Source of the DNA: Octopus sinensis
Lineage: Eukaryota
Direction of reading: 5' to 3'
Assembly: GCF_006345805.1 (NCBI RefSeq)
Contig: NW_021827524.1
Location: 1 to 35,806 of the forward strand
DNA: 35,806 nucleotides
The translations under genes and the position numbers were made by a program. Below the pieces are notes generated by a model. That model had not been told where the DNA came from. It saw only the letters and a list, made by a program, of their open reading frames with translations, and did no database searches. Shown here one piece after another: positions 35,086 through 35,806 of the stretch. The first letter of the stretch is position 1; every line of letters starts with the position of its first letter.

Positions 35086-35669
35086 TATTTCGTTACTGTC
35101 CACAAGGGGCTAAACATAGAGGGGACAAACAAGGACAGACAAAGGGATTAAGTCGATTACATCGACCCCAGTGCGTAACTGGTACTTAATTTATCGACCC
35201 CGAAAGGATGAAAGGCGGAATTTGAACTCAGAACGTAGCGGCAGACGAAATACCTATTTCTTTACTACCGACAAGAGGCTAAGCACAGAGAGGACAAACA
35301 GGGACAGACAAATGGATTAAGTCGATTATATCAACCCCAGTGCGTAACTGGTACTTATTTAATCGACCCCGAAAGGATGGAAGGCAAAGTCGACCTCGGC
35401 GGAATTTGAACTCAGAACGTAGCGACAGACGAAATACCTATTTCTTTACGGTCCACAAGGGGCTACACACAGAGGGGACAAACAAGAACAGACAAATGGA
35501 TTAAGTCGATTACATCGACCCCAGTACATAACTGGTACTTAATTTATCGACCACGAAAGGATGAAAGGCAAAGTCAACCTCGGCGGAATGTGAACTCAGA
35601 ACGTAGCGGCAGACGAAATACCGCTAAATATTTCGCCCGGCGTGCTAACGTTTCTGCCAGCTCGCCGCC
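35086..35669 (-). mobile_element. SINE family A with three tandem body units and 10-bp TSD
   Basis: Head ends at 35669; unit periods are 184 and 169 bp. TSD cttgtcttct at 35076-35085 and 35669-35678. Confidence 0.9.
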
Positions 35670-35806
35670 TTGTCTTCTACCGTAAAACTGTTGCAGCCAA
35701 ACTTCATTATCTTGTCTACTTACAGTTTTTTCAAAAGCCTTAGTCGTCAGGTCGAGAAATACAGTGACGAGGTCTTGATTTTCTTTTCTCAAAAGCAACA
35801 CACACA

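Overview
AT-rich, repeat-saturated eukaryotic (animal) DNA with no recognisable host protein-coding exon. Almost all supplied ORFs are microsatellite translations or mobile-element fragments. The tRNA-derived SINE families resemble those I recall from octopus/coleoid cephalopod genomes (inference, not searched). Content: four tRNA-derived SINE families (A-D, my labels), decayed LINE fragments (Tx1/L1-like, R4/Dong-like RT and RLE, RTE-like, CR1/Jockey-like), an internally deleted mariner, a non-autonomous Helitron, several MITEs (one with inward-facing TTAGGG arrays) and long TA/CA/TATG/TATC/ATT microsatellites. The most interesting signal is a set of short non-coding elements embedded in (TA)n tracts that carry type I hammerhead ribozyme (HHR) motifs. 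The best is a 601-bp-period direct repeat (18026-19014) with one GUC-cleaving HHR per copy, a retrozyme / Penelope pseudo-LTR architecture predicted to release a 601-nt RNA. Others are a fold-back element with two outward-facing minimal HHRs (8923-9351), a canonical HHR at 3387-3443 with a decayed inverted twin, a variant HHR at 3139-3176 and truncated HHR halves. All folds were done by eye and need Infernal or biochemical confirmation. Boundaries of degenerate repeats are approximate.
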